A stretch of DNA of 64,000 bases from Pirellulales bacterium (GCA_041750795.1 JBGSYQ010000371.1:8253-72252); one strand, 5' to 3'; positions 1 to 10,059 are shown, counted from the first letter of the stretch. Notes: generated by a model not told the origin, from the sequence alone. Numbers and translations are program-made.

Positions 1-288
1 CCGTGTCGACGAATTCGTGGCGAGGCTTGGCTGTCTCACACGGGGAGCCGGTGGGATAGACTTGCCGTGATGGGCCCGCCGTAGGGGGCACCCCGGCGGT
101 CGAACTATGGCGTGTGGAAATGCGTACTAGCAGCGGTCGAGCGTTGCAGAATCGCGAGACCACCCGCAAACCGACCCCCAAGTGGGGCCGTCGAGAACCG
201 CGCGCCAAGCGGCGTTGCCGGGGCGTGGGAGCGACGTTAGAATTCCTGTCTGACCCTTAATGCCTTATCTTGTAAGGATATAAGAAGG

Positions 289-2688
289 ATGCCCACCATG
301 CCTCGTCATGTCCGTTGGCTGTGGGCCGCGGTGCTTGTGATCGCGGCCAACGTCGCATGGGCGCAACCGCAGGTCGACGACATTCTCTCCGGCCGTCCGC
401 TCACCGGCCCGATCGATTCCGCTTTCGTTACGCCTGATTCGATCATCTCGGTGCGTGCCGGCTTCACACCGCCCGACGCCTCCGGTCGGTCGTCGTTGGC
501 CGTGACGGTCACGATCCAGGCTGGCTGGCACATTTACTCGCTGACGCAGAAGCCGGTTCTCGCCGTGCCTACGACGATTACGGTGAGCGATTCGCCCGAT
601 TATCGCGTCACAGGTCCCTTCCAGCCGAACCTTCCGCCCGAAGTGGTGCGCAAGGATGGCGACGTGTTCGAACAGTTCGCCGGCGAAGTGACCTGGCAAG
701 CGCCGGTCGAGTTGACCAAAGGGGTGGATCCGCGAAATCTGACGATCGCGGGGCGTGCGCGGATTCAAACGTGCAGTGAGACGAGTTGTTTGCAGCCGAC
801 CGTCTTCGAGTTCGCCGCCACCATGGTGGCAGGCGCGCCGAATGCCGCTGCCGGGGTCGAAGCATATTCCGACCCCAACGACCACGTGACCCTCAGCGGT
901 CGCATCGAGCCGGCCAACGTTGCGCCCGGCGACACGGCGAGACTTATTGTCGAGGCAGCTCCGGCCGCGGGCTGGCACATTTATGAATTGGCCAACGTCG
1001 ATCCGGCCGTGCCGGGCAACAAGCCCACGCTGATCGTGCTGACGAACACTTCGGGGCTGCCGTTCTCTCGCACCACGTCCGACAGCAAAGCGATCGCTGG
1101 CAAGCCGTTGTTGCCGGGCGAACCGGCGCTCGACTATTACGAAGGGCGCGTGGCCTGGACCACGCTGGTCAAGGTCCCCGCCGATGCCAAGCCGGGGACA
1201 TACGGCATCGAGGGCATGATCGGCTATCAGGTGTGCCAGGACGACGCCTGCGACCTGCCACGGGGCGCAGCCTTCGCCGGCAAGCTCAGCGTTGGCACAG
1301 CGGACAAGAGCACCGGCGGCGCGGCATTGCGCTTCGTCGATGGCAAATACGGCCAGGCGGCCAAGCTGGCGCAAACCATCAATACACGCCGCGCCGAAAT
1401 CGAGCCCGACGGCGCGCCGCTGGCCGGGGATAACGATCTGTCGTCGCTGCCCGTGGTGTTATTGTTTGGCTTCATCGGCGGATTCCTGTTGAACTTCATG
1501 CCCTGCGTGCTGCCGGTCATCGGGCTGAAGATTCTTTCGTTCGCCGAGCAGTCCGGACGCCACCGCGCTCAAATCCTGGCGCTGAACGTGTGGTACTCGC
1601 TGGGCCTGATGAGCGTGTTCATGGTGCTGGCGGTGCTGGCCACCGGGGCGAGCCTGGGCCTGAGCGATGAGAACCTGGGCTGGGGGCAGCAGTTCACGTC
1701 GACCACGTTCAACGTCGTGATGGTGGCGCTGGTGTTTGCCATGGCGCTGAGCTTTCTAGGGGTGTGGGAGATTCCCATTCCGGGCTTTGCCGCTTCGAGC
1801 AAGGCCAACGACCTGGCCAGTCGCGAAGGTGCGGTGGGCGCGTTCTCCAAGGGTGCGATGGCCACGGTGCTTTCCACGCCGTGCAGCGGGCCGTTCCTGG
1901 GGCCGGTCTTCGGTTTCACGTTGCGGCAACCGCCCGAAGTGACGTTCCTGATCTTTGCCGCGTTGGGATTGGGCATGGCGTCGCCGTATCTGTTGATCGG
2001 TGCGTTTCCGCGGTTGATCCGCTTCTTGCCCAGGCCGGGCGCGTGGATGGAAGCGTTCAAGCACATCATGGGCTTTGTGCTGTTGGGCACGATCGTGTTT
2101 TTGTTCACGTTCATGGACAAGGACTACATCGTGCCGACGTTCGCCATGATGATCGGCATTTGGGCGGCGTGCTGGTGGATCGGACGAGTGTCGTTCGTCG
2201 AGCCGCTGCCCACGCGGCTGAAAGCCTGGGCGCAAGGTGCGGCCGTGGCGTTGGCGGTTGGTTGGGCGTCGTTTCAATGGTTGACGCCGCAAGAGTCGCT
2301 CATCCCCTGGCAAAGCTTCTCGCAGGCCGAAGTGCAGCGGCTGACGTCGGAAGGCCGCACCGTGATGGTCGATTTTACGGCCGATTGGTGCCTGACCTGC
2401 AAGTGGAACTTAAAGACCGCCATCGAAACCGACGACGTCAAGCATTTGCTCGAAAAGAACCAGGTCGTGCCGCTTTTGGCCGATTGGTCCGAGCCGTCGG
2501 AAGAGATCAAGTCGGCGCTCGAATCGATCAACCGCAACTCGATTCCGCAGTTGGTGATCTATCCGGCCGACCGGCCCAACCATCCGATCGTCTTGAGCGA
2601 CACCATCACCAAGCAGCAGTTGCTCGACGCGATCGCGGCCGCCGGACCGTCGAAAGCCGCCGCCAAGGAACTGGCCTCCATGCCGTAG
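289..2688 (+). CDS. dsbD: Thiol:disulfide interchange protein, DsbD-like (two N-terminal DsbD-alpha-like domains, CcdA/DsbD membrane core, C-terminal thioredoxin domain)
   Basis: 799-aa ORF. N-terminal signal peptide (LWAAVLVIAANVAWA). Two similar modules, each with GWHIY and a Cys pair (TCSETSC, VCQDDAC). Multi-TM core with FMPCVLPV and TPCSGPF motifs. C-terminal thioredoxin motif DFTADWCLTCKWN. Confidence 0.85.
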   Translation: MPTMPRHVRWLWAAVLVIAANVAWAQPQVDDILSGRPLTGPIDSAFVTPDSIISVRAGFTPPDASGRSSLAVTVTIQAGWHIYSLTQKPVLAVPTTITVSDSPDYRVTGPFQPNLPPEVVRKDGDVFEQFAGEVTWQAPVELTKGVDPRNLTIAGRARIQTCSETSCLQPTVFEFAATMVAGAPNAAAGVEAYSDPNDHVTLSGRIEPANVAPGDTARLIVEAAPAAGWHIYELANVDPAVPGNKPTLIVLTNTSGLPFSRTTSDSKAIAGKPLLPGEPALDYYEGRVAWTTLVKVPADAKPGTYGIEGMIGYQVCQDDACDLPRGAAFAGKLSVGTADKSTGGAALRFVDGKYGQAAKLAQTINTRRAEIEPDGAPLAGDNDLSSLPVVLLFGFIGGFLLNFMPCVLPVIGLKILSFAEQSGRHRAQILALNVWYSLGLMSVFMVLAVLATGASLGLSDENLGWGQQFTSTTFNVVMVALVFAMALSFLGVWEIPIPGFAASSKANDLASREGAVGAFSKGAMATVLSTPCSGPFLGPVFGFTLRQPPEVTFLIFAALGLGMASPYLLIGAFPRLIRFLPRPGAWMEAFKHIMGFVLLGTIVFLFTFMDKDYIVPTFAMMIGIWAACWWIGRVSFVEPLPTRLKAWAQGAAVALAVGWASFQWLTPQESLIPWQSFSQAEVQRLTSEGRTVMVDFTADWCLTCKWNLKTAIETDDVKHLLEKNQVVPLLADWSEPSEEIKSALESINRNSIPQLVIYPADRPNHPIVLSDTITKQQLLDAIAAAGPSKAAAKELASMP

Positions 2689-2721
2689 CATGGCGAGTGG
2701 TCGAGCTTCGCCGCGCGCGTG

Positions 2722-3783
2722 TTATTCCCAGGCAACGCCGCGCGGGCCGGCCACGGTGCGGCCGATGGTCCAGCTTTCGATGCCGCCATCGGCCAGTTGA
2801 TGCCGGATCGCGTCGGCATAGTACGAGCTGACGATCATCGCCATGCCGATGCCCATATTGAACACCTGGTCCATTTCGTCGGCATCGACTTCGCCCAACC
2901 GGGCCAACCAGGGGAACACCGGCGGCACGGTCCAACTGCCGCGATCGATCACCGCGCGAATGCCCTCGGGAAGAATACGTTCCAGGTTTTCGTGCAATCC
3001 GCCGCCCGTGATGTGGGCGATGCCGTGGACGACGCGCTTGACCGTGTAATAGTTCAACACGCGGCGCACGGGCCGCACGTACAGGCGGGTGGGCGTGAGC
3101 AGCGCTTGCCCGACCGTTTGGCCCAGCTCTTCCACGCGGTCGTCGGCGTTCAGGCCGGCCAGCTCGAATACGATCTTGCGCACCAGGCTATAGCCGTTGG
3201 AGTGCAAGCCGCTGGCGGCCAGCCCCAGGATCACGTCAGCGGGTGAAATCGAGCGGCCATCGATCAGGCGTGCGCGATCGGCTACCCCCACGCAAAAGCC
3301 GGCCAGGTCGTAGTCGCCGCGGGCGTACAGGTCGGGCATGATCGCGGTCTCGCCCCCCAACAGCGCGCAGTCGGCCTCGGTGCAACCGCTGGAGATGCCT
3401 TCGACGATTTGCTCCAGCAGCTCCGGATCGTCGTGCGACATAGCCACGTAGTCGAGGAAGAACAGCGGCTCGGCGCCGGTACACAGAGCGTCGTTGACGC
3501 TCATAGCCACCAGGTCGATCCCCACGGTGTTGTGTACACCGGCCAGCGTGGCCACCTTGAGCTTCGTGCCCACCCCGTCGGTACAGGAAACCAGCACGGG
3601 GTCTTGATATTTGCGGGCGAACAGCGCGCTGGCGAAGTCGAGCTGGAACAAGCCGGCGAAACCGCCGTCGTTGGGGATCACGCGCGGAGAGTGCGTGCGA
3701 TGCAGCAACCGGGGCAGCCGGGCCATCGACTGCCGATACACGTCGAGGTCGACGCCCGAGTCCTTGTAAGTCGCTTTGGCCAT
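2722..3783 (-). CDS. purM: Phosphoribosylformylglycinamidine cyclo-ligase (AIR synthetase)
   Basis: 353-aa ORF with a typical PurM N-terminus ([14 protein letters not shown]), the DGVGTK motif, and full-length resemblance to the PurM family. Confidence 0.92.
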   Translation of the reverse strand: MAKATYKDSGVDLDVYRQSMARLPRLLHRTHSPRVIPNDGGFAGLFQLDFASALFARKYQDPVLVSCTDGVGTKLKVATLAGVHNTVGIDLVAMSVNDALCTGAEPLFFLDYVAMSHDDPELLEQIVEGISSGCTEADCALLGGETAIMPDLYARGDYDLAGFCVGVADRARLIDGRSISPADVILGLAASGLHSNGYSLVRKIVFELAGLNADDRVEELGQTVGQALLTPTRLYVRPVRRVLNYYTVKRVVHGIAHITGGGLHENLERILPEGIRAVIDRGSWTVPPVFPWLARLGEVDADEMDQVFNMGIGMAMIVSSYYADAIRHQLADGGIESWTIGRTVAGPRGVAWE

Positions 3784-3912
3784 TACGTCTTGCGCGGTTG
3801 CCAGAAGGAGAGCATGGCATTCTACGGAGCGTGCCGAAGAGTTGTCAAACCCGCGAGAGGCGCGTGTTGGGAGGCCGGGCCAGCCGGTGGATTGGCCAAC
3901 GCCGAGCCGATG

Positions 3913-3955
3913 AAAAAAGCCGCGCCGGGCGATCGGAGAAGAACGCCCGGCGCGG
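3913..3955 (-). terminator. Rho-independent terminator downstream of the aldehyde dehydrogenase gene
   Basis: Perfect 12-bp GC-rich inverted repeat: ccgcgccgggcg (3920-3931) and cgcccggcgcgg (3944-3955), with a 12-nt loop. On the minus strand it is followed by CTTTTTT (plus-strand a-run 3913-3918). It lies about 40 nt after the stop at 3996. Confidence 0.8.
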
Positions 3956-3995
3956 CTGGTTGCGCATGCGAGTAACGTCTACATGGTTCGATCGC

Positions 3996-5468
3996 TTAAG
4001 CCATGCTGACCGTAACCGTCTTTGTTTCCAAATAGGGCTTCAGGCCTTCCTCGCCCAGTTCGCGCCCCATGCCGGACATTTTGAATCCGCCGAATGGGGC
4101 GGCCGTGTCGAACACGTCGTAGCAATTGATCCACACGGTGCCGGCCCGAAGCTTCGTGGCCAACGTGGTGGCGCGGCCGATGTCGCGCGTCCAGACGGCG
4201 GCGGCCAGGCCGTAAAACGTCTTGTTGCCGCGATCGACCACTTCGTCGGTGTCCTTGAACTTGAACACCGAGAGCACCGGGCCGAAGATTTCGTCCTTGG
4301 CGATCGACATGTCGTCCTTGGCGTCGGTGAACAGCGTCGGCTCGATGAAGTAGCCGCGGTCGCCGTGCCGCTTGCCGCCGGTGACGCATTGGGCGCCTTC
4401 CTTCTTGCCCAGGTCGATGTAGTGCATGATCTTGTCGAACTGCGCCTTGTCGACCTGCGCGCCTTGCTCGGTCGACGGATCGAGCGGATCGCCGACCTTG
4501 CGCTTCTTGTTCATCGCCACCAGCTTGTCGACGAACTTGTCGTGCACCTTTTCCTCGACAAACAGCCGGCTGCCGGCGCAGCAACACTGTCCCTGGTTCA
4601 AATACAATCCGGCGTGCGCGCCCACGGCGGCGGCGTCGAGATCGGCGTCGGCAAACACGATGTTGGGACTCTTGCCTCCCAACTCGAACGTCAGCCGCTT
4701 GAGCGTCTGGCTGGCATCCTTCATGATGATTTGCGCGGTTTTGTACTCGCCGGTGAAGGCCACCTTGTCGACGCCCGGATGCTTGACGATCGCGGCGCCG
4801 GCGGTGGGTCCGAAGCCGGGCACCACGTTGATCACGCCGTCGGGAATGCCGGCCTTCTGAGCCAGTCGTGCCATGCGCAGACAGCTTAGCGGTGTTTGCT
4901 CGGCGGGCTTCATCACGATGGTGCAGCCCGCGGCCAGCGCCGGTCCCCATTTCCAGGCCGTCATCAGCATGGGGAAGTTCCAAGGAATGATCTGGCCGAC
5001 CACGCCCACCGGCTCGCGGCGCGTGTAACAGAAATACGGTCCGCGAATGGGGATAGTCTGGCCGTGAATCTTGTCGGCCCAGCCGGCATAGTAGCGCAGG
5101 CAGTCGATCGTCAGCGGCAGGTCGGCGGCCTTGGCTTCGCGAATGGGCTTTCCATTGTCGAATGATTCGAGTGCGGCCAATTCCTCCGCCTCGTCTTCGA
5201 TCAGGTCGGCCAGCTTGGCGATCAATCGGCCGCGATCGCGGGCGTCCATCTTCGACCAAGGACCGTTTTCGAACGCGTTGCGTGCTGCCTCGACTGCCAG
5301 GTCGATATCGGCGGCATCGCCCTCGGCCACTTGGGTGATGAGCTCTTCGGTAGCCGGATTGATGGTTTCGAACGTCTTGCCGCTGGCCGCCGGCACCCAT
5401 TGGCCGCCGATGAAACATTGAGTCTGGCGGATTTGCGGCCCGTGCGTTGTCTTCGTGATTGTGGCCAT
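3996..5468 (-). CDS. NAD(P)+-dependent aldehyde dehydrogenase
   Basis: ALDH family motifs [15 protein letters not shown] and the catalytic-Cys region GQCCCAGSR. Start chosen at ATG 5468 (MATITKTT) because AGGGAGG lies 6 nt upstream. The ORF-track start at 5570 would add 34 poorly coding residues. Confidence 0.9.
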   Translation of the reverse strand: MATITKTTHGPQIRQTQCFIGGQWVPAASGKTFETINPATEELITQVAEGDAADIDLAVEAARNAFENGPWSKMDARDRGRLIAKLADLIEDEAEELAALESFDNGKPIREAKAADLPLTIDCLRYYAGWADKIHGQTIPIRGPYFCYTRREPVGVVGQIIPWNFPMLMTAWKWGPALAAGCTIVMKPAEQTPLSCLRMARLAQKAGIPDGVINVVPGFGPTAGAAIVKHPGVDKVAFTGEYKTAQIIMKDASQTLKRLTFELGGKSPNIVFADADLDAAAVGAHAGLYLNQGQCCCAGSRLFVEEKVHDKFVDKLVAMNKKRKVGDPLDPSTEQGAQVDKAQFDKIMHYIDLGKKEGAQCVTGGKRHGDRGYFIEPTLFTDAKDDMSIAKDEIFGPVLSVFKFKDTDEVVDRGNKTFYGLAAAVWTRDIGRATTLATKLRAGTVWINCYDVFDTAAPFGGFKMSGMGRELGEEGLKPYLETKTVTVSMA

Positions 5469-5633
5469 GGAGACCTCCCTATCGAGAGTGGTAAGTGCGT
5501 GCGTTCGCCAATTGCAGTGGAATGAGAGCCGGTGCGGGCAACCTACTTGCGCCACGACGGCCAATGTCATTTTAGCGCTTCGCCCGTCGGGCCTACAAGC
5601 CGTGGCGCTGTGCGTCGCTATTGCGCAGGAGGC

Positions 5634-6761
5634 TTATTCGTCGTCGCCATCGGATGTCGCGGCGGTTTTCTCGGACGAAGAGTCTGTATCATTCTTCAGG
5701 TCGACCGGGCCGAGTTGCTGCTCCAACAGGCGGCCGAGTTCGGCGCCGCGGGCTAGCGTGCTGAGTACCTTGCCGTCCTTGTCGACCAGGATCACGGTGG
5801 GGATGCCCATAATGCCGTAGTAGGTGGCGAGCTGGTTGTCGCTCCAGCCGCCATCGTACAAGTTGGCCCACGGTTTGGGATCTTTCTCGAGAAACGCTTC
5901 GAGCGCTTCGCGGTCGTTGTCGAGACTGACGGCAACCACGTCGAATCCCTTGTCGTGATACAGTTCGTAGTTGGCCTTTACATTGGGCAACTCGCGCAGG
6001 CACGGCCCACACCACGTGGCCCAAAAGTCCACCAGCACTACCTTGCCGCGATAGCTGCCCCAATCGAAGGTGCTGCCGTCCAGCAGCGTGCCGCTGATTT
6101 CCAGCGGTTGGCCGACTAGCGTCAAACGGCGCGCGGCACCCTGCATAGTCTTGCCGGCGTGCGAGACTTTCGAGTCGTCGCTCTTGGCGAGCACCTCGCC
6201 GAACTCCGCGTAGAGTTGCGCGGCGCGTTCTGGCTGAGCGTATTCGTAGGTTCTCGGCAGCAAGCTCGCGGCGCTGACCAGGTATGGTCCGGGCTGTTCG
6301 GTCGACGCGAGCGCCGCGCGAACGTCCAGCAGAAGCTGCGCTTGCTCGTCTTCGGTGCGGTCACCTCGTTGCATCACTCGCAGCGCCAACAGATGCTCCA
6401 TGGCATCGCGGTAGCCGTCGAGGGACTTGTCGTCGTCCGTCGCGATCGTTTGGATCTGCTCCAACGCCGCGCGGGTTGCGGGCAGTGCCGCACGCTGATG
6501 TTCGATCGCTTCGGAGCGCTTCTCGGGACGATACGCGCGAAGTTCCTTGATGAACTCCAATAGCTGCGGCACAGTTGCATTTTCCGGCGGCGAATAACGA
6601 TCGGCCGCCGCCTTGGCTTGTTCGTCGTTCGCAGGGGCTGCTTCCGACAAATTGGAGTCGCTCGCCGCGGGCGGTTCGTCCGCAATTGTTACGCGGCAGC
6701 AGGTCATCGCAAGGAGGCTCACCGCAAACAACCGCCAGACGACGTTGAAGCTGTACACCAT
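5634..6761 (-). CDS. Secreted TlpA/ResA-like thiol-disulfide oxidoreductase with a helical N-terminal extension
   Basis: 375-aa ORF with a signal peptide (LFAVSLLAMTCC). C-terminal thioredoxin fold with VLVDFWATWCGPC and GIPTVILVDKDG. Confidence 0.8.
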   Translation of the reverse strand: MVYSFNVVWRLFAVSLLAMTCCRVTIADEPPAASDSNLSEAAPANDEQAKAAADRYSPPENATVPQLLEFIKELRAYRPEKRSEAIEHQRAALPATRAALEQIQTIATDDDKSLDGYRDAMEHLLALRVMQRGDRTEDEQAQLLLDVRAALASTEQPGPYLVSAASLLPRTYEYAQPERAAQLYAEFGEVLAKSDDSKVSHAGKTMQGAARRLTLVGQPLEISGTLLDGSTFDWGSYRGKVVLVDFWATWCGPCLRELPNVKANYELYHDKGFDVVAVSLDNDREALEAFLEKDPKPWANLYDGGWSDNQLATYYGIMGIPTVILVDKDGKVLSTLARGAELGRLLEQQLGPVDLKNDTDSSSEKTAATSDGDDE

Positions 6762-6832
6762 GGTCTAGTTCCCTATGCTAGTGGGAAGGATCATCCGGGG
6801 CCTCGACGTTTTATTGTACGGCCAACAGCCTA

Positions 6833-6861
6833 TTGAAAAATGCCGTCGTGGCATTTTTCAA
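6833..6861. repeat. Perfect 12-bp inverted repeat TTGAAAAATGCC-N5-GGCATTTTTCAA
   Basis: Read directly: arms 6833-6844 and 6850-6861, loop gtcgt. Located in the divergent intergenic region between the TlpA-like and NagB-like genes. Confidence 0.9.
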
Positions 6862-6897
6862 CCTCGCCAAGTGCGAATCAAAGCTTCACACGGCTCG

Positions 6898-6925
6898 CAG
6901 AATAACGACTTACGTCGCTATTCTG
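6898..6925. repeat. Inverted repeat CAGAATAACGAC-ttac-GTCGCTATTCTG (one mismatch)
   Basis: Read directly; 11 of 12 arm positions pair, with a 4-nt loop. Confidence 0.85.
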
Positions 6926-6926
6926 T

Positions 6927-6944
6927 CATCGCATCCATGCGATG
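6927..6944. repeat. Palindrome CATCGCAT-cc-ATGCGATG
   Basis: Read directly; perfect 8-nt arms. As RNA it could only form a shorter stem (6 bp with a 6-nt loop). Confidence 0.85.
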
Positions 6945-6946
6945 TC

Positions 6947-6972
6947 GCAGCCTGTCGAATTCTTCAACAGGC
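6947..6972 (+). repeat. GAATTC-centred hairpin element, copy A (gcagcctgtcgaattcttcaacaggc)
   Basis: 24 of 26 nt identical to the minus-strand sequence at 20083-20058. Forms a 9-bp stem with one C/A mismatch around the loop ttc. Confidence 0.85.
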
Positions 6973-7141
6973 CGCTAACGGTTGCAGGAATGCGATCCTC
7001 TTGGCATGTCAGTGGAAGGCGGCCTACTACCCTTTTTGCCCGGCCCTGATGTTCGCCTGGCAATCTGATAGACTGGCGATTGACCGCGAGCGACCGAGCT
7101 TGCGCAGTGTCCGCCAATTGTGACCGTCCGGAGAATCAGGC

Positions 7142-8068
7142 GTGCGACCCTTGAGCAAAGTGGCCCCCGGCTGGTGGGACTATACGACCTTGGACCGCGA
7201 GATCCTGGACGACGCGGCGCGGCTTTCGGCTGACGATCTGCTGGGCTTGTCGCGGCCTGGATTCACAGTGAAGTTCTACGATACGCGCGAGGACTTCTAC
7301 CTGGCCGAGGCGTTGGAGTACATCACCGCCTGGCAACAGGCCAGCGAGGATCGGCCGGCCGGCATCTGCGGGCCGATCGGTCCGACGGAACAGTTGCCGC
7401 TGGTGGCGCGGTTGGTCAATGAGCTGAATCTCAATCTGCGACATTGTCATTTCTGGGGCATGGACGAATGGGCCGTGGATGGCCGGCCGGTGTCCGAGGA
7501 CTTTCCGTTGAGCTTTGCACGGGCCGATCGCGAGCTGTGCTTCAACCGCATTCGGCACGAATTGCGGATGCCGGAGAGCCAACTGCACTTTCCGCTGCTG
7601 CCACTGGAAGATTATTGCCGCAGCTTCGACCAGGCGCGGTGCGTGGTGATGCAGGGAGGGCAGGGGGAAGTGAAGCATTGGGCGTTCAACGATCCGCCGC
7701 GGCGCGAAGGCGCCTATCAGGACCAGCCTCCGACGCCGGCCGAGTATCGCAAGCTGGGCACGCGGCTGGTGGAATTGCACCCCATGACGCTGATTCAGAA
7801 CGCTCGGACGTCCGGCGGCGGCGTGGTCACCGGCGTGCCGACCCAAGCCTTCAGCGTCGGGCCGGTCGAAACCTGGAAGGCCGAAACGGTCTCGATCTGG
7901 CACGCGGGCAATCACGACAATCCGTTCGGCCAGCGGCTCACCACGCTGATGATCGCCAAGCGGCTGCCCGACAGTGCCGTGCCGATGTCGCTGCTGGCGG
8001 ATCACCCGAACGTGCAGTTCAATTTTCTGCGTAGCGGCATCGGCGTGTGCGACGCGGAGATGCACTGA
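7142..8068 (+). CDS. Glucosamine-6-phosphate deaminase / 6-phosphogluconolactonase superfamily protein (NagB-like)
   Basis: 308-aa ORF with a GTG start preceded by GGAGA 7 nt upstream. NagB-like GMDEW motif and a sugar-phosphate isomerase-like region ([15 protein letters not shown]). Confidence 0.6.
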   Translation: MRPLSKVAPGWWDYTTLDREILDDAARLSADDLLGLSRPGFTVKFYDTREDFYLAEALEYITAWQQASEDRPAGICGPIGPTEQLPLVARLVNELNLNLRHCHFWGMDEWAVDGRPVSEDFPLSFARADRELCFNRIRHELRMPESQLHFPLLPLEDYCRSFDQARCVVMQGGQGEVKHWAFNDPPRREGAYQDQPPTPAEYRKLGTRLVELHPMTLIQNARTSGGGVVTGVPTQAFSVGPVETWKAETVSIWHAGNHDNPFGQRLTTLMIAKRLPDSAVPMSLLADHPNVQFNFLRSGIGVCDAEMH

Positions 8069-8134
8069 CTATTGGCGCACACGGCGTCACCGCGCGAAAA
8101 CCGATTGGATTAGCCTGGAGTACGTTGCTCAATA

Positions 8135-8911
8135 ATGGATACCAAAAAACGCGCCTTTGCCGTGGCGGCGCATCCGGACGATATCGAGTTCGTGATGGCC
8201 GGCACGCTGATGCACCTGGCCGACGCGGGCTATGAAATCCACTACATGAACATCGCCAACGGCTGTTGCGGCTCGACGCAGCATAACGCCTCGGACACGG
8301 CGCGCATTCGCCAGCAGGAGGCGATCAACGCGGCGGAGAGCATCGGGGCCGAGTTTCATCCCAGCCTGGTGAACGACCTGGAGATTTTTTACAACCACGA
8401 GACGCTGGTACGGCTAGCGGCCGTGATGCGCGAGGTGGCGCCTGAGATTCTGTTGGTGCATGCTTCCAGCGACTACATGGAAGACCATATGAACGCCTGC
8501 CGGCTGGCGATCACGGCGGCATTCGCACGCGGAATGCCCAACTATCCGACGCTGCCGCCGCGCCCGCCGGTCGAGCAGCCCGTGACGATCTATCACGCCC
8601 AGCCGCACGGCAATCGCGATCCGCTGGGGCATCCCGTCGTGCCGGCGCTATACGTCGACGTCAGCGGCGTGATCGAGCGCAAGGCGGCAATGCTCGCCTG
8701 CCATAAAAGTCAGAAAGAATGGCTCGATACCAGCCAGGGATTGGATTCCTACGTGGAGACCATGAAGGAGCTGATGCGCGAAGTGGGGCGCATGAGCGGG
8801 CGATTCGAGTATGCGGAAGGATGGCGGCGGCACACGCACCTGGGGCTGTGCGCGGCGGGGGCCGATCCGCTGCGAGCGGCCCTCAAAGACCGCATATTCG
8901 CCGCGACCTGA
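8135..8911 (+). CDS. PIG-L/LmbE family N-acetylglucosaminyl deacetylase
   Basis: N-terminal signature [16 protein letters not shown] (the AHPDD motif of the PIG-L family). Length of 258 aa is typical. Confidence 0.8.
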   Translation: MDTKKRAFAVAAHPDDIEFVMAGTLMHLADAGYEIHYMNIANGCCGSTQHNASDTARIRQQEAINAAESIGAEFHPSLVNDLEIFYNHETLVRLAAVMREVAPEILLVHASSDYMEDHMNACRLAITAAFARGMPNYPTLPPRPPVEQPVTIYHAQPHGNRDPLGHPVVPALYVDVSGVIERKAAMLACHKSQKEWLDTSQGLDSYVETMKELMREVGRMSGRFEYAEGWRRHTHLGLCAAGADPLRAALKDRIFAAT

Positions 8912-8951
8912 CACCGAGCCGGGCCGAACCGGCAGCGCCAGCACGCGCAAC

Positions 8952-8979
8952 TTGACACTGGTTTGGGTACAGTTAAGAT
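8952..8979 (+). promoter_or_regulatory. Candidate sigma70-type promoter upstream of the STAS gene
   Basis: TTGACA (8952-8957), 16-nt spacer, TAAGAT (8974-8979). Followed by a 9-bp hairpin caggctcgc/gcgagcctg at 8995-9027. Motif match only. Confidence 0.25.
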
Positions 8980-9182
8980 AACAAGCTTGCATAGCAGGCT
9001 CGCCCGAAATCGTATCGTGCGAGCCTGTTAGGCGCAAGCGGCGTGGGTGCCGCAGTGCACGCGCGCAGATCGAACGTTCGACTGGCGCGCCGGGCAGGCG
9101 CCGCGCATCACCGATCGCCCCGGACGCGTTTCCACGAGACGCGCAAGACCTTTAGCTGCGACCTCGCACAGGAGCACGTTTG

Positions 9183-9536
9183 ATGACCGTTCATCGGCGG
9201 TTGCAACTTTCGGAAGTCGGCGACGTGAGCGTGGTGCGCTTTGTCGACCGCAAGATTCTCGACGAAGCCAACATTCAAGAGCTGGGACAAGAGCTGTTCC
9301 AATTGATCGAAGAAGAGAGCCGCAAGAGCTTGCTGCTGAATTTCTCCTCGGTCGAGTTTCTTTCCAGCGCCGCGCTGGGCAAGCTGATCACGCTGGACAA
9401 GAAGGTCAAGGCTCACGGCGGCAAGTTGAAGCTCAGCAATATCCGCCCCGAAATCTACGAAGTCTTCGCGATCACGAAGCTCAATAAACTGTTCGATATC
9501 AAAGACGACGAGGCCGACGCCTTGGCCAGCTTTTAA
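9183..9536 (+). CDS. STAS-domain anti-sigma-factor antagonist (SpoIIAA/RsbV-like)
   Basis: About 117 aa. Typical STAS layout with the conserved phosphorylatable region FSSVEFLSSAALGKLI. AGGAG lies 8 nt upstream of ATG 9183; the ORF track starts one codon earlier at TTG 9180. Confidence 0.8.
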   Translation: MTVHRRLQLSEVGDVSVVRFVDRKILDEANIQELGQELFQLIEEESRKSLLLNFSSVEFLSSAALGKLITLDKKVKAHGGKLKLSNIRPEIYEVFAITKLNKLFDIKDDEADALASF

Positions 9537-9630
9537 GTTGCGAACCACGGCCGACACTCGCGCCGTGCTCGTGGGCGTCCCGACAAATCGCCCGTTGATC
9601 ATGAGTGGCGGATTGACAACGCGGTAAGTC

Positions 9631-10059
9631 ATGTCACAACCTCCAGCAGCCTGGACCATCGATCGCACGATCCCCAGCGAGTTGGCCGCGGGCCACCGCG
9701 TGCTGGAAGAGCTACTGGGCAAGCTCGAGCTGGAAGGCTGGTCGTCTCGCGATTTCTTCGGACTGCGGCTGGCCCTGGAGGAAGCCGTGGTCAACGCCAT
9801 CAAGCACGGCAATCGCCTGGACGCGTCGAAGTGCGTACACGTCGTGTGTCGCTCGACTCGCGAAAAAGTGTGGATTCACGTCAGCGACGAGGGGCCAGGC
9901 TTCGATCCGGAAGCCGTGCCGGATTGCACCGATGCGGAGCACATCGAGGCCCCCAACGGGCGCGGCATCATGCTGATGCGAAACTTCATGAGCCACGTCG
10001 AATACAACGACTGTGGCAATGCCGTCACCATGGAAAAGCTGCGACAATCCGGCAGCTAG
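9631..10059 (+). CDS. Anti-sigma regulatory factor, serine protein kinase (SpoIIAB/RsbW-like HATPase_c)
   Basis: 142 aa. N-box-like EEAVVNAIKHGN and G-box-like DEGPGFDP ... GRGIMLM. Confidence 0.75.
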   Translation: MSQPPAAWTIDRTIPSELAAGHRVLEELLGKLELEGWSSRDFFGLRLALEEAVVNAIKHGNRLDASKCVHVVCRSTREKVWIHVSDEGPGFDPEAVPDCTDAEHIEAPNGRGIMLMRNFMSHVEYNDCGNAVTMEKLRQSGS

